Positions 28,705 to 39,400 are shown, numbered from the stretch's first letter. The stretch: 64,000 bases of DNA from Gemmatimonadaceae bacterium (GCA_031409715.1 JANNXU010000084.1:63704-127703), one strand, 5' to 3'. Numbers and translations are program-made. Notes: a model not told the origin generated them from the sequence alone.

Positions 28705-29102
28705 CCCTTGTTCCCGATTCCGTCCTCCGTGTCGCTCCGGCATCGTGAACTCTGTGCACACGGAGGATCGGAGGAACGGAGTCAGGGAGGCGTCGCGATG
28801 TCTGCTGTCTGGTCTCAGCGATCATCCCGAAGCGACCCTCGGTTTCAGGTGCTGTGTGGGCTCAGTGATCATCCCGGAGTGATCATCAGTCTCAGGTGTA
28901 AGCGAAAAATATTCGCCCCCGGAGAGTCATTCCCCCGCATCTCGCGCTCGGCTGCCTGGACCGGCGCAGAGCCCTCGCCACCTCCGCTGCTCCCATCCTC
29001 CGCGTGAAAAGAGTTGACGTTGCCTGTCAACCGCACAAGCATCGAGCCCCTGCACCTCACTGAGAGGGCAGGGGCTCGTTACTGATCAGAGGCACGGGCG
29101 AG

Positions 29103-29777
29103 TCAGGACACCGTGATCGGCCGGAAAGCCTGCGTGATCGGCGCCGCGCGCATCGGCTCGCGTGCGCGATGGCGGGCGGCCTTGGCGCGGTTGCCGCAGG
29201 TGGCCATGTCGCACCAGCGTCGGCGGCCGTTCTTGGTGCTGTCGAGGAAGACGCGGCGGCAGCGGGGGTCGCCGCAGCATCGAACGCGACCGAGTTCACC
29301 GGCGATGAGCGAGTCGGCGGCGTCGTCGACGATCGGCATCATGAGCGCCGCGAATGCGTCGCCGCCGGCGACGAAGTTGCGCGTGTAGACGCCGTCGCTC
29401 GCGAGCTCGAGGCGGCGCGTGCCGGCGCTTCGGCCGAGGACGCGGTTGATCTCGGCCACCGCTTCGGTGCGGGCGTCACTGGAGACGGCTCCGTGTTCCG
29501 CCAGCGCCCGCAGTGCGCTGCGGACGCGCCGGGCATCGAGGAGGGAGGCGGTGGCGCCGGCCGGTTGCTGTTCCGCACGCCGCAGGATGGCGAGTCGGCG
29601 GTCGTGGTCGATCACCCCGACGGCGGCGAGCCACTCGAGCATGGTGCCGAAGTCGCGCATGGCGTCGCGGCGGACGCCGAGTTCGATGTCGTCGGTGTTG
29701 ACGAAATCGAGCCAGAGGCGATCGCCAACGAAGACGAACGTGCGGCGATCAGCTGGAGCGACGACGAGAGCGGACAC
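29103..29777 (-). CDS. CGNR zinc-finger domain protein (ABATE + zf-CGNR)
   Basis: The C-terminus is RCCGDPRCRRVFLDSTKNGRRRWCDMATCGNRAKAARHR. GTG 29775-29777 has GAGAAGG 5 nt upstream. Confidence 0.85.
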   Translation of the reverse strand: MSALVVAPADRRTFVFVGDRLWLDFVNTDDIELGVRRDAMRDFGTMLEWLAAVGVIDHDRRLAILRRAEQQPAGATASLLDARRVRSALRALAEHGAVSSDARTEAVAEINRVLGRSAGTRRLELASDGVYTRNFVAGGDAFAALMMPIVDDAADSLIAGELGRVRCCGDPRCRRVFLDSTKNGRRRWCDMATCGNRAKAARHRAREPMRAAPITQAFRPITVS

Positions 29778-29867
29778 GGGGACCTTCTCTTGAGAGGATG
29801 ATTCGACGTTACCCCCGAATTGCGTTGACGCAAGCAAACGCGCTCGGCGCTGCGCTACCTTCGCGGC

Positions 29868-30440
29868 ATGACGGAACCTGTGCTGCTGCCCGGCGTGCAG
29901 CGTGTCGTGGTCGGATCGACGAACCCGGTGAAGGTCGCGGCGGTCCGCGCGACGGTGACCCGCTGCGCCAGGCACGTGGTGGTGCATGGGGTTGCGGTAC
30001 CATCCGGCGTGCCCGACCAGCCATGGGGCGACGCGGAGACCGTGGCGGGCGCACGGCAGCGCGCGCTGGCGGCGCTCGGGGCCGATCCGAGTGCCGATCT
30101 CGCGGTTGGTCTGGAAGGGGGCGTGGTGCGCGAGTCCGACGGCGGCGTACGGACCTGCGCCTGGGCGGTGGTGGTGGACCGCGCCGGCGTGGTGGGGATC
30201 GGCGGCTCGATGGCGCTGACGTTGCCGCCAGGCGTCGTGGCGCTCCTCGATGGCGGCATGGAGCTGGGCCATGCCATGGATGCCGTCGCGCGCACGACCG
30301 GAACCAAGCATGCCGGCGGGGCGGTGGGCCTGCTCACCGCCGGGCTGGTGCCGCTGCAGCGCATGTACGAGACGCTGACGGCCTATGCCCTGTCGCGCTT
30401 TCTGCAGCATGGGTTGTGGGAGGAGCACGCGTCAGGCTGA
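29868..30440 (+). CDS. yjjX: Inosine/xanthosine triphosphatase (YjjX / DUF84 family NTPase)
   Basis: Motifs: VVVGSTNPVKVAAV, GVPDQPWG, GLEGGV, with family-typical length (190 aa). TACCTT lies 6 nt upstream of the ATG. Confidence 0.75.
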   Translation: MTEPVLLPGVQRVVVGSTNPVKVAAVRATVTRCARHVVVHGVAVPSGVPDQPWGDAETVAGARQRALAALGADPSADLAVGLEGGVVRESDGGVRTCAWAVVVDRAGVVGIGGSMALTLPPGVVALLDGGMELGHAMDAVARTTGTKHAGGAVGLLTAGLVPLQRMYETLTAYALSRFLQHGLWEEHASG

Positions 30441-30530
30441 CGGGCGACCGCGTGCACTGGGCGGCGGCGCGCCATTTCCCCGTGTGGAGCTGCCCGCCGG
30501 TGGAGGCCCGACGCGCGCCGGGCCGCACTC

Positions 30531-30697
30531 GTGGACTGGAAACGAAGTTCGGGAAAGCAGTCGCCGGTCGGAGCATCCCGGCTGGCTGCGTTGAACATCC
30601 TCGCAATACCGCGGGTATTGCTGTGGTTTTCGCCTTCCCATCCGGGCGCCCCACCCGGCTTGATGCTCTCCGAACTTCATTTCCAATCCACTAGATT
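30531..30697 (+). promoter_or_regulatory. ispH upstream element: 22-bp inverted repeat (2 mismatches) ending in CAC-TAGATT
   Basis: GTGGACTGGAAACGAAGTTCGG starts at 30531, and CCGAACTTCATTTCCAATCCAC lies at 30670-30691. TAGATT (30692-30697) is 6 nt from ATG 30704. The right half is 27/33 identical to the pyp upstream region. Confidence 0.55.
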
Positions 30698-30703
30698 ACG
30701 AGG

Positions 30704-31924
30704 ATGTCAGTCACCGACGAAGAGACGTACTACCGGAAGGGGTTCGGCCTCAAGGCCGACGTACAGGACACCCTCGCCGACGATTACACCGGCCGCCTGG
30801 TGGACGTGTTGCGGGCCAGCGAGTACACGGTCACCTCTGGGGACGTGACGGTGCGCCTCGCCAAGGAGTTCGGCTTCTGCTACGGCGTGGAGCGGGCCGT
30901 CGAGTACGCCTACCAGACGCGCCGGAAGTTTCCGGACCGCCGCGTCTTTCTGGCTGGCGAGATCATCCACAACCCGCACGTGAATCACAAGCTGCGGGAG
31001 ATGGACATCACCTTCCTGCAGTCGAAGGGGACCGGGTTCGACTACGACCTCGTCCAGCCGGACGACGTGGTGATCCTGCCGGCATTCGGCGTGACGATTC
31101 AGGACTTCGAGACGCTGCGCGCACTGGGCTGCATCATGGTGGACACCACCTGCGGCTCGGTGCTGAACGTCTGGAAGCGGGTCGAGAAGTACGCGCGTGA
31201 CGGCTTCACGTCGCTGATCCATGGCAAGCACTATCACGAGGAGACGCGCGCGACCGCCAGCCAGGTGCAGAAGTATCCCGAGGGGCGCTATCTGGTGGTG
31301 CGCGACATGTCGGAGGCGCGGCTCGTCTGCGACTTCATCGAGGGCCGGTGGGACCGGGCGAGTTTCCTCGAGAAGTTCGCGGCTGACCGCGCCTCGCCCG
31401 GTTTCGACCCCGACCTGCACCTGCGACGGATCGGTGTGGCCAACCAGACGACGATGCTGGCGCGTGAGTCGCTGGCGATCGGCGAAGAGGTGGGGCAGGC
31501 GATGGCGCGAGCGCACGGCGCTGCGGCTCGCGAGGCGAACTTCCGCACCTTCGACACCATCTGCTCCGCCACGCAGGACCGTCAGGATGCCGTGGAGGAG
31601 CTGCTGCAGGAGCCGCTGGACGTGATGCTGGTGGTGGGCGGGTACAACTCGAGCAACACGATCTCGCTGGCGGCGATCTGCGCCGACAAGGTGACCACCT
31701 ACCACGTGGAGGATGCCGAGGGCATCGATCCGGTGGCGGGTGTGGTGCGGTACCGGCCCATCGGGCTGCACGTGGAGGAGGCGACGCGCACCGGCTGGAT
31801 GCCGGCGACGGGGCCGGTTCGGGTCGGAATCACGGCGGGCGCGAGCACGCCGAACAACAAGATCGGCGAGGCTGTGGCGCGCATCTTCCAGACGCGGGGC
31901 ATCGACCCGGCGCAGATCGGGTGA
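30704..31924 (+). CDS. ispH: 4-hydroxy-3-methylbut-2-enyl diphosphate reductase (long form)
   Basis: FGFCYGVERAVEYAY, GEIIHNPHV and later conserved Cys/His regions are typical of IspH/LytB. Length is 406 aa. Confidence 0.9.
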   Translation: MSVTDEETYYRKGFGLKADVQDTLADDYTGRLVDVLRASEYTVTSGDVTVRLAKEFGFCYGVERAVEYAYQTRRKFPDRRVFLAGEIIHNPHVNHKLREMDITFLQSKGTGFDYDLVQPDDVVILPAFGVTIQDFETLRALGCIMVDTTCGSVLNVWKRVEKYARDGFTSLIHGKHYHEETRATASQVQKYPEGRYLVVRDMSEARLVCDFIEGRWDRASFLEKFAADRASPGFDPDLHLRRIGVANQTTMLARESLAIGEEVGQAMARAHGAAAREANFRTFDTICSATQDRQDAVEELLQEPLDVMLVVGGYNSSNTISLAAICADKVTTYHVEDAEGIDPVAGVVRYRPIGLHVEEATRTGWMPATGPVRVGITAGASTPNNKIGEAVARIFQTRGIDPAQIG

Positions 31925-32691
31925 GCGGCTACGGCCAGCGCGCCTATGCGCGGTACATCGCGCTTGGCGACGGGTTGTCGGCCGACCTGACACCGGCGCT
32001 CGACCTGAAGGTGACGGACGTGAGCGTGGCGCTCGAGCGCGACGCGCGCAGTGGTGAGGTGCCGCCGGTGGGTGCCGCGTCGCTGTTCTACAGCAACGAC
32101 GACGAGCGCTGGCCCGAGTTCACCGGGCACGATGTGCAGTCCATCACCGGGTGCAGCGAGATCGTGCGCCTGGCGACCGACGGGGCGAGCCTGGGCGACA
32201 TCTTCGACGACCAGGTGATGGCGCTCGAGGGAGACGCGTCGCCGACGCTGATCACGCTGACGGCAGGCGCGATCGACCTGCTCAGCGCCGTGGCCACGAA
32301 GCCGGCGCCGGCGCGGCGGGATGCGATCGTCCGCGACGCGGTGCGCGGCATCATGGCGCTCGCAACACTGCTGCACGAGCGGTTCGATGATCTGACGCTG
32401 ATGCTGACGACGCTTCCCGACCCCACGGACGGGATCGGCGTCTTTCCTGACGAGCGCGACGGCAAGGCGGTGCCGCCGGCAGCGCTGCTGCACTTCAACA
32501 CGCTGCTGCGCGAGCAGGGCCGCGCGCTGCCCGGAACGCTGGTGGCGGAAGCCCACGCGGCATTTCAGGGGCACGGGTTGACGGCACCCGAAGCCGAGCG
32601 ATGGTTCTGGCGCCGGAATCCTCACGAGCCGAGCGCACTCGGCGCGTCGGGGTTGCGGACGTGCTGGCTGGAGACGTTGCAGGCGGAGTGA
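31921..32691 (+). CDS. SGNH/GDSL-like hydrolase family protein
   Basis: IALGDGLSAD resembles block I. The GTG start overlaps the ispH stop (GTGA). Family assignment is moderate. Confidence 0.65.
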   Translation: MSGYGQRAYARYIALGDGLSADLTPALDLKVTDVSVALERDARSGEVPPVGAASLFYSNDDERWPEFTGHDVQSITGCSEIVRLATDGASLGDIFDDQVMALEGDASPTLITLTAGAIDLLSAVATKPAPARRDAIVRDAVRGIMALATLLHERFDDLTLMLTTLPDPTDGIGVFPDERDGKAVPPAALLHFNTLLREQGRALPGTLVAEAHAAFQGHGLTAPEAERWFWRRNPHEPSALGASGLRTCWLETLQAE

Positions 32692-32912
32692 ACGCTCGAC
32701 GGCGGCGGCGGTTCCCGCGACGTCGTGCGAGGTTCGCAGCGCACCGAACGCCGGCGCACCCCGCAGTGTCCGGACCGGAAAACTGGTACGCGCACGTCAC
32801 TGGCGATTGACGGTCCCACGTTTAGCGTAACGGTCGCAGGGTTGCTCACCGGTGAGCAATGTCCAGCACCGCGGACAGCGGCGGTGCGCCAGTCACGCAG
32901 CAGGAGCAAAGG

Positions 32913-34466
32913 ATGTCGGCGACACTCGAGCAGGACGGCATTGCGACCGTCCCCAGCGCAGCAACGCGGATGCGGATGACGATCCCGATTCGTTCGCGGT
33001 ACGAGAACTGGATCAATGGCGAGTATTCGCCCCCTGCCACTGGAAAGTATTTCTCCAATCCGTCGCCGATCACCGGCCAGCATCTCTGCGACGTGGCACG
33101 CGGCACCGCGCCCGACGTCGAGCGGGCGCTGGACGCTGCACACGCCGCATTCAAGAGCTGGGGCAAGACGTCGCCGACCGAGCGTGCCAACATCCTGAAC
33201 AAGATCGCCGACCGCGTCGAGGCCAACCTCGAGGCACTGGCGATGATCGAAACGATCGACAACGGCAAGCCCATTCGCGAGTCGATGGCGGCGGACATGC
33301 CGCTGGTGATCGATCACTTCCGCTATTTCGCGGGCTGCATCCGGGCGCAGGAAGGCAGCCTCTCGCAGCTCGATGACGACACGGTGGCCTATCACTTCCA
33401 CGAGCCGCTGGGCGTCGTGGGCCAGATCATCCCGTGGAACTTCCCGCTGCTGATGGCGACGTGGAAGCTGGCCCCGGCGCTGGCGGCCGGGAACTGCGTG
33501 GTGATGAAGCCGGCCGAGCAGACGCCGGTGAGCATCATGGCGTTCATGGAGCTGATCGCCGACCTGCTGCCGCCGGGTGTGGTGAACATCGTGCAGGGCT
33601 TCGGCATCGAGGCCGGCAAGCCGCTGGCGAGCAGCAACCGCATCGCCAAGATCGCCTTCACCGGCGAGACGACGACGGGTCGTCTGATCATGCAGTACGC
33701 GTCGGAGAACCTGATCCCGGTGACGCTGGAGCTGGGCGGCAAGAGCCCGAACATCTTCTTCGCCGACATCATGGACGCGGACGACGACATGTTCGACAAG
33801 GCGCTCGAGGGCTTCGGCATGTTCGCCCTGAATTCGGGTGAGGTGTGCACCTGCCCGTCGCGCGCGCTGGTGCAGGAGTCGATCTACGACGCGTTCATGG
33901 AGCGGGCGACGGCGCGTGTGGCATCGTTCACGCTCGGCCATCCGCTCGACGCGGGCACGATGGTGGGAGCGCAGGCGTCGAACGACCAGCTGGAGAAGAT
34001 CCTCAGCTACTTCGACATCGGCCGCGCCGAGGGCGCGAACGTGCGCCTCGGCGGCGAGCGCCACCTGCAGGACGGCGAACTGGCCGGGGGCTACTACGTG
34101 AAGCCGACGATCTTCGAAGGCACGAACGCGATGCGCGTGTTCCAGGAGGAGATCTTCGGCCCGGTGGTCTCGGTGACGAAGTTCACGGACGAGGACGACG
34201 CGCTGCGCATCGCGAACGACACGCTGTACGGCCTCGGTGCCGGCATCTGGACGCGCAACATCAATCGCGCGTACCGCTTCGGCCGTCACATTCAGGCCGG
34301 CCGCGTGTGGACGAACTGCTACCACGCCTATCCGGCGCACGCCGCGTTCGGTGGCTACAAGCAGAGTGGCATCGGGCGTGAGAACCACCTGCAGATGCTC
34401 AACCACTACCAGCAGACGAAGAACATGCTGGTGAGCTACAGCCCGAAGGCGCTCGGGTTCTTCTGA
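32913..34466 (+). CDS. NAD-dependent aldehyde dehydrogenase (acetaldehyde dehydrogenase II type)
   Basis: Motifs: [28 protein letters not shown], and GEVCTCPSR carrying the catalytic Cys. AGGAGCAAAGG lies upstream of ATG 32913, in frame with ORF 32859. Confidence 0.92.
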   Translation: MSATLEQDGIATVPSAATRMRMTIPIRSRYENWINGEYSPPATGKYFSNPSPITGQHLCDVARGTAPDVERALDAAHAAFKSWGKTSPTERANILNKIADRVEANLEALAMIETIDNGKPIRESMAADMPLVIDHFRYFAGCIRAQEGSLSQLDDDTVAYHFHEPLGVVGQIIPWNFPLLMATWKLAPALAAGNCVVMKPAEQTPVSIMAFMELIADLLPPGVVNIVQGFGIEAGKPLASSNRIAKIAFTGETTTGRLIMQYASENLIPVTLELGGKSPNIFFADIMDADDDMFDKALEGFGMFALNSGEVCTCPSRALVQESIYDAFMERATARVASFTLGHPLDAGTMVGAQASNDQLEKILSYFDIGRAEGANVRLGGERHLQDGELAGGYYVKPTIFEGTNAMRVFQEEIFGPVVSVTKFTDEDDALRIANDTLYGLGAGIWTRNINRAYRFGRHIQAGRVWTNCYHAYPAHAAFGGYKQSGIGRENHLQMLNHYQQTKNMLVSYSPKALGFF

Positions 34467-34474
34467 CCCCGGAT

Positions 34475-34795
34475 CGGTGCTGAACAGCTTCAACAGCTTC
34501 AAGTCTTTGACAGCTGAACAAAGACAACGCCAAGGGAACTGAGAGGAAACGGAAAGGACGCAGAGAACGGCTTTTTGAATGGAACTGCCTGGGTGTCGTG
34601 CGGTGTGCAGCGTGCACCGGGAATGACCTGCTGTTCCAGATACAGTGCCGTTCTCTGCGTTCTTTCGGTTCACTTTGCGCCTTTGCGTTCTTCCTTAGCT
34701 GTAAGGTTCTGCTTTAGCTGTAAGGTTCTGCTTTTGCTGTAGCGTTCTGCTCTTGCTGTAGCGTCTTGGCTGTTGTCGATCTGGACTGATATCGG
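34475..34795. repeat. Module-family inverted repeat with low-complexity flanks, splitting the aldH and DUF779 genes
   Basis: The arms lie at 34526-34571 and 34647-34689. The perfect core is GCAGAGAACGGC (34560-34571) with GCCGTTCTCTGC (34647-34658). The right flank holds about 19-bp tandem units (TAGCTGTAAGGTTCTGCTT x2 plus variants). Confidence 0.85.
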
Positions 34796-34813
34796 GCGAA
34801 CTTTCGTGAGGGT

Positions 34814-35218
34814 GTGATGGCCGAGCGGGTGGATTGCACGCCGGACGCGGCGGCGATGATCGACCGGTTGGTGGCGCAGCACGGTGTGCTGCTGTTCCAC
34901 CAGTCGGGTGGGTGTTGTGATGGCAGCTCGCCGATGTGCTATCAGCGCGGCGAGTTCAGGGTGGGCTCGCGCGACGTGCTGCTGGGCATCATCCACGGCG
35001 ACACGCCGGTGTACATCGGTGCGGCGCAGTTCGAGTACTGGCAGCACACGCGGCTGACGATCGATGTGGTGCCGGGGCGCGGCGCGGGCTTCTCGCTGGA
35101 GGCGCCCGAGGGCGTGCGGTTCCTGACGCGTTCGCGGCTGTTCACCGATGCGGAGGCGATCGAGATGGTGATCGCCGGACCGCCGCTGCGGGGGCCGGAG
35201 GCGGCGGGACTGGCATAG
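34814..35218 (+). CDS. DUF779 domain protein (usual partner of acetaldehyde dehydrogenase II)
   Basis: The HQSGGCCDGSSPMCY motif is present, and GAGGG lies upstream of the GTG-ATG at 34814/34817. Confidence 0.85.
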   Translation: MMAERVDCTPDAAAMIDRLVAQHGVLLFHQSGGCCDGSSPMCYQRGEFRVGSRDVLLGIIHGDTPVYIGAAQFEYWQHTRLTIDVVPGRGAGFSLEAPEGVRFLTRSRLFTDAEAIEMVIAGPPLRGPEAAGLA

Positions 35219-35340
35219 CGAACGGAGCCACGGTGTGATGGATGGCGGGGCCGGTGGCGGTTAGGCTTGTGGGCTGTGCATGCCACTCCTTCATCTTCAA
35301 CGCCGTGACCGCAGACTTGTCCTCGCCGTTTTCCGTCTCC

Positions 35341-36396
35341 GTGCGCCGATGCGCGGCGCTCGTCCTCCTCGCGCTCGTGACCGCACCCACCGTCACGGCG
35401 CAGCAGCACGTCGCAACCCGGCGGAAGCCTGCCCGCGTGTCGGCCCGTCCTGCGGCGTCCTCTCGCGTTCGCCAGGACACGACACCGAAGCGCCCGGTAC
35501 GCCCGCCGGTCGTGCGTGGTCGCCGCTCGTCCGACAGCAGCGCGATCGCCTCGCTCGACCGCGATTCGGTGGGTGACACGCGCTGGCCGGTGCGCACCGC
35601 ACCCTATGCCGCCGGGGCGCTGTTGCCGGGACATCGCATCGTGGCGTTCTATGGCAATCCGCTCTCACGGCGGATGGGCATTCTCGGCGAGCTGGACCCC
35701 GAGGACATGCTGAAGCGGCTGGATCGCGAGGTGGCGGCGTGGCGCGCTGCCGACCCGTCCACGCCGGTGATGCCGGCGCTGCACCTGATCGCGACCGTGG
35801 CACAGGGCTCGGCTGGCTCGGACGGCAAGTGGCGCGCGCGCATGGGTGACTCGCTGGTCACGCGCGTGATCCGCTGGGCCGAGACGCGCAACGCGATCGT
35901 GTTCCTCGACATCCAGGTGGCGAAGAGCACCATTCAGGCCGAGCTGCCACCGTTGATGAAGTGGCTGGAGCGGCCGAACGTGCACCTCGGCATCGACGCC
36001 GAGTTCTCGATGAAGGATGGCTCCAATCCGGGGCGTCGCGTGGGCACGTACGATGCGCGCGACATCAACTGGGTGCAGGCACAGATGTCGGAGCTGATCC
36101 GGCGCAAGAACCTCCCGCCGAAGATCCTCGTGGTGCACCGCTACACACGCCCGATGATCACGAACTACCGCAACATCGCCTTCGATCCGCATGTGCAGAT
36201 CGTGATGCACATGGACGGATGGGGCACGCCGCCGATCAAGATCTCGAGCTTCCGGTCGTACATCCAGGCCGAGCCGGTGCAGTTCGCGGGCTTCAAGCTG
36301 TTCTACCGCAACGACATCCGCGCCGGATCGCAGATGATGGTGCCGGGTGAGGTGCTGCGGCTCTGGCCGAAGCCGCTGTACATCCAGTACCAGTAG
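35341..36396 (+). CDS. Hypothetical secreted protein
   Basis: ORF 35242..36396. GTG 35341 gives a signal-like N-terminus (VRRCAALVLLALVTAPTVTAQQ). GC3 is high, no family was recognised, and the start is uncertain. Confidence 0.6.
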   Translation: MRRCAALVLLALVTAPTVTAQQHVATRRKPARVSARPAASSRVRQDTTPKRPVRPPVVRGRRSSDSSAIASLDRDSVGDTRWPVRTAPYAAGALLPGHRIVAFYGNPLSRRMGILGELDPEDMLKRLDREVAAWRAADPSTPVMPALHLIATVAQGSAGSDGKWRARMGDSLVTRVIRWAETRNAIVFLDIQVAKSTIQAELPPLMKWLERPNVHLGIDAEFSMKDGSNPGRRVGTYDARDINWVQAQMSELIRRKNLPPKILVVHRYTRPMITNYRNIAFDPHVQIVMHMDGWGTPPIKISSFRSYIQAEPVQFAGFKLFYRNDIRAGSQMMVPGEVLRLWPKPLYIQYQ

Positions 36397-36412
36397 TCGC
36401 ACCGACGGACCA

Positions 36413-36465
36413 GGCACGACGAAGGCCGGCGATCATGCGCTGATCACCGGCCTTCGTGTCGTGCC
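36413..36465. terminator. Long hairpin between convergent genes (probable bidirectional terminator)
   Basis: GGCACGACGAAGGCCGG ... CCGGCCTTCGTGTCGTGCC forms a 17-19-bp stem with a 2-nt bulge. The loop contains GATCA/TGATC. Confidence 0.6.
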
Positions 36466-36490
36466 ACTGCTGTCGTGCCACCGCGTGTGA

Positions 36491-39400
36491 TCAGGGCACC
36501 AGCGATGCCGCCGTCGTCATGCGGGACAGTGCCTCGAGCCGCCTGACGATCCTCGCCAGCTCGGCCTTGAGCGTGACCAGGCGCTGGGCCGCGTCACGCG
36601 GCACGCGCTGGTCGGCACCGAGCGTCATCGTGTAGAGATACTCCAGCTGGGCGACCAGCTTTGGCGACTGGTAGCGTCCCTCGGCCGTTTCCAGTGCGCG
36701 CACGATGTCTTCGGCCTCGCGGGTCATGGGTGTGCCACGCGCCTGCACCTGTGTACGCACGTCGCGGGCACGCGCGGCCACGCTGCGGGCCTCGGCCAGT
36801 GCGGTGCGTACGGCGAGCTCATGGCGCTCCTGCGCGACGAGCATCTCGTCGGTGAGTCCGTCGGCCTTCACGCGCGGATCGGCCTGCACCAGCAGCGCCT
36901 GCGTGAGCGTGTCACCGTCGACGATGAGGCGCACCGTGTAGCGGCCCGGTGCGACCATCGGCCCTCGGCCGCCGGGTGACGCCGCGTGCATCAGGTCCCA
37001 GGTGAAGCGGTTGGCACCGACGGAGTCCGTCAGCGCCGTGGCCACGGCCGTGCCGCGTCGCGGAGCAGGCATGGCCTGCTCGGTGGTGGTGCGCGCACCG
37101 ACGCCGGCGGTGGTGAAACTGCGGATCACGGCGCCGGTGGCCGAACGAATCTCCAGCACCGGCGCGGTGGTCGGCTTGCTGCCCAGCCAGTAATTGATGA
37201 TCGCACCAGCAGCCGGGTACTCCGGTGTGCCGGGGCCGGCGGGCGATGCGCTGTGCCGCCAGCGGATGGCGGGACGTGGCGCCTGCAGCGCCGCCTTCTT
37301 CGCGGCCATCGCGTCAGTGTATTGCAGCAGCGGTGACACGTCATCGAGGATCCAGAAGGCGCGTCCCATCGTCGAGAGCACGAGGTCGCGGCGATGCACC
37401 TTGATGTCGGTGATGGGCACGACAGGCAGGTTGCGCTGCATGGGCTGCCATGAGGCGCCATCGTTCAGGCTCACGTACAGGCCGAACTCCGTGCCGAGAT
37501 AGAGCAGGCCCTGTCGCTCGGGATCCTCGCGCACTACGCGGGTCGGCGTGTCATCGGGCACACCGTTGGTGCCGGTGGTGAGGCGCGTCCAGGTGCGGCC
37601 GTAGTCGGTGGTGCGATAGGCGTACGGCTTGAAATCGCCGAGCATGTAGCGGTAGACGGCGACGTAGGCCGTGCCCTTGCGATGATGCGAGATGTCGATG
37701 CCCTGCACCCGGCCGCCCGGCGGGAGGTCGGGTGGCGTGACCTTGGTCCAGCTCTGGCCGTTGTTGCGCGAGACGTGCACCGGCCCGTCGTTCGAACCCG
37801 TCCAGATCACACCCGGCTCGATCGGCGACTCCTTGATCGCGTAGAGCGTGGAGTAATACTCCTCGCCAGTGACGTCGCGGGTGATCGGACCGCCGCTGAC
37901 GACCTGCGTCTCCGGCGTGTTGGCGGTGAGGTCGGGGGAGATGCGCTCCCACGTCGTGCCGTCGTCACGCGAGCGATGCAGGAACTGCGAGGCCATGTAG
38001 ATCGTGCCTCGCGTGTTCGGCGAGACGTCCAGCGGCGAGACACGCTGGAAGCGATAGATCAGGTCCTTCGGGTCGTTGCCATACAGCGACTGCGCGCCGA
38101 TCCACGAGTTCTGCTCCTGACCCGTGCGCAGCGACATGCGCGAGAACTGTCCCTTGCAGGCACCGTAGACGACATCGCTGTTCCACGGGCTGGGCACGAT
38201 CGGACCCGTCTCGCAGCCGGGGCCCTGCTGCCAGTGCTGGATGGGCTGATCGGGAAGGGTGGCGAAGATCGGCAGTGACGGCACGATCACCGTCGTGTTG
38301 TCCTGCTGTGCGGCGTAGAGGCGGTACGGATAGTGGTTGTCCACGAAGACCTGGTACAGCTCCGAGGTGCCCTGGTTGTACTGCGTGCTCCAGGTGCGTC
38401 CACCGTCGAGCGTCACGTTCGCACCGCCGTCGTTGGACTGGACCATGATGTCCGGATCAGTGGGGTTGATCCAGATGTCGTGGTTGTCGCCGTGCGGCGT
38501 GACCATCGGCGTGAAGGTCTTGCCGCCGTCGGTGCTGCGGAACGAGGTCTCGTTCTGCACGAAGACATTGTCGGCGTTGCTCGGATCGGCGTCGATGTTG
38601 GTGTAGTAGAACGGGCGCAGCACGAGCGCGTTCATGCTCGACGTCTGGGTCCAGGTGTTGCCGCCGTCATCGGAGCGGTAGACGCCCTGCTTGGGCACCT
38701 CGGCCTCGAACAGCGCATAGACGCGGTTCGGTGCCGCGGCCGAGACGGCGAGGTTGGACTTGCCGATGATGCCGGTCGGCAGTCCGCCACCGAGCTTGGT
38801 CCAGGTGGTGCCGCCGTCGGTGGAGCGGTAGACGCCGCCGTCATCTCGGCTGCCGGAGATGATCGCCCACGGGCGCCGCACGCCGCGCCAGGCGGCGGCA
38901 TACAGCGTGTTGGGGTCGCCGGGCTTGGCGGTGATGTCGGTGATGCCGGTGGAGTCGTTGACGAACAGCACCTTCTCCCACGACTGGCCACCGTTGGTGG
39001 TGCGATAGACGCCGCGATCCGGCGAGTTCACGAAGGCCGAGCCCTGCGCGGCGACGAACGCCACCTCAGGGTTGGTGGGGTGAATGACGATCGCGCCGAT
39101 CTGGCCGACGTCGCGCAATCCGACAAAGCGCCAGCTGCGGCCGGCGTTGTCCGAGCGGTAGACGCCGCGGCCGGTGATGACGTTGGAGCGGATGCCATCG
39201 GAGCCCGTACCGACCCAGACGATGTCGGGATTGGAGGGGGCGACGCGAATGGAGCCGATGGAACCGGTGGAGAAGAATCCGTCGGAGACGTTGTTCCACG
39301 ACGCGCCGGCATCGGTGGTCTTCCAGACGCCACCGCCGCTGGCGCCCATCCAGAACTCGCGCTTGCGCTGCGGGACGCCGGTGACGGTGGTGACGCGTCC

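Noticed and set aside
28658-29007. An anti-sigma factor ORF downstream of the ECF sigma gene (28658..28882 and 28708..29007).
   Set aside because: There is no zinc-finger (HxxxCxxC) or TM segment. GC3 is poor, and the sequence is made of direct repeats.
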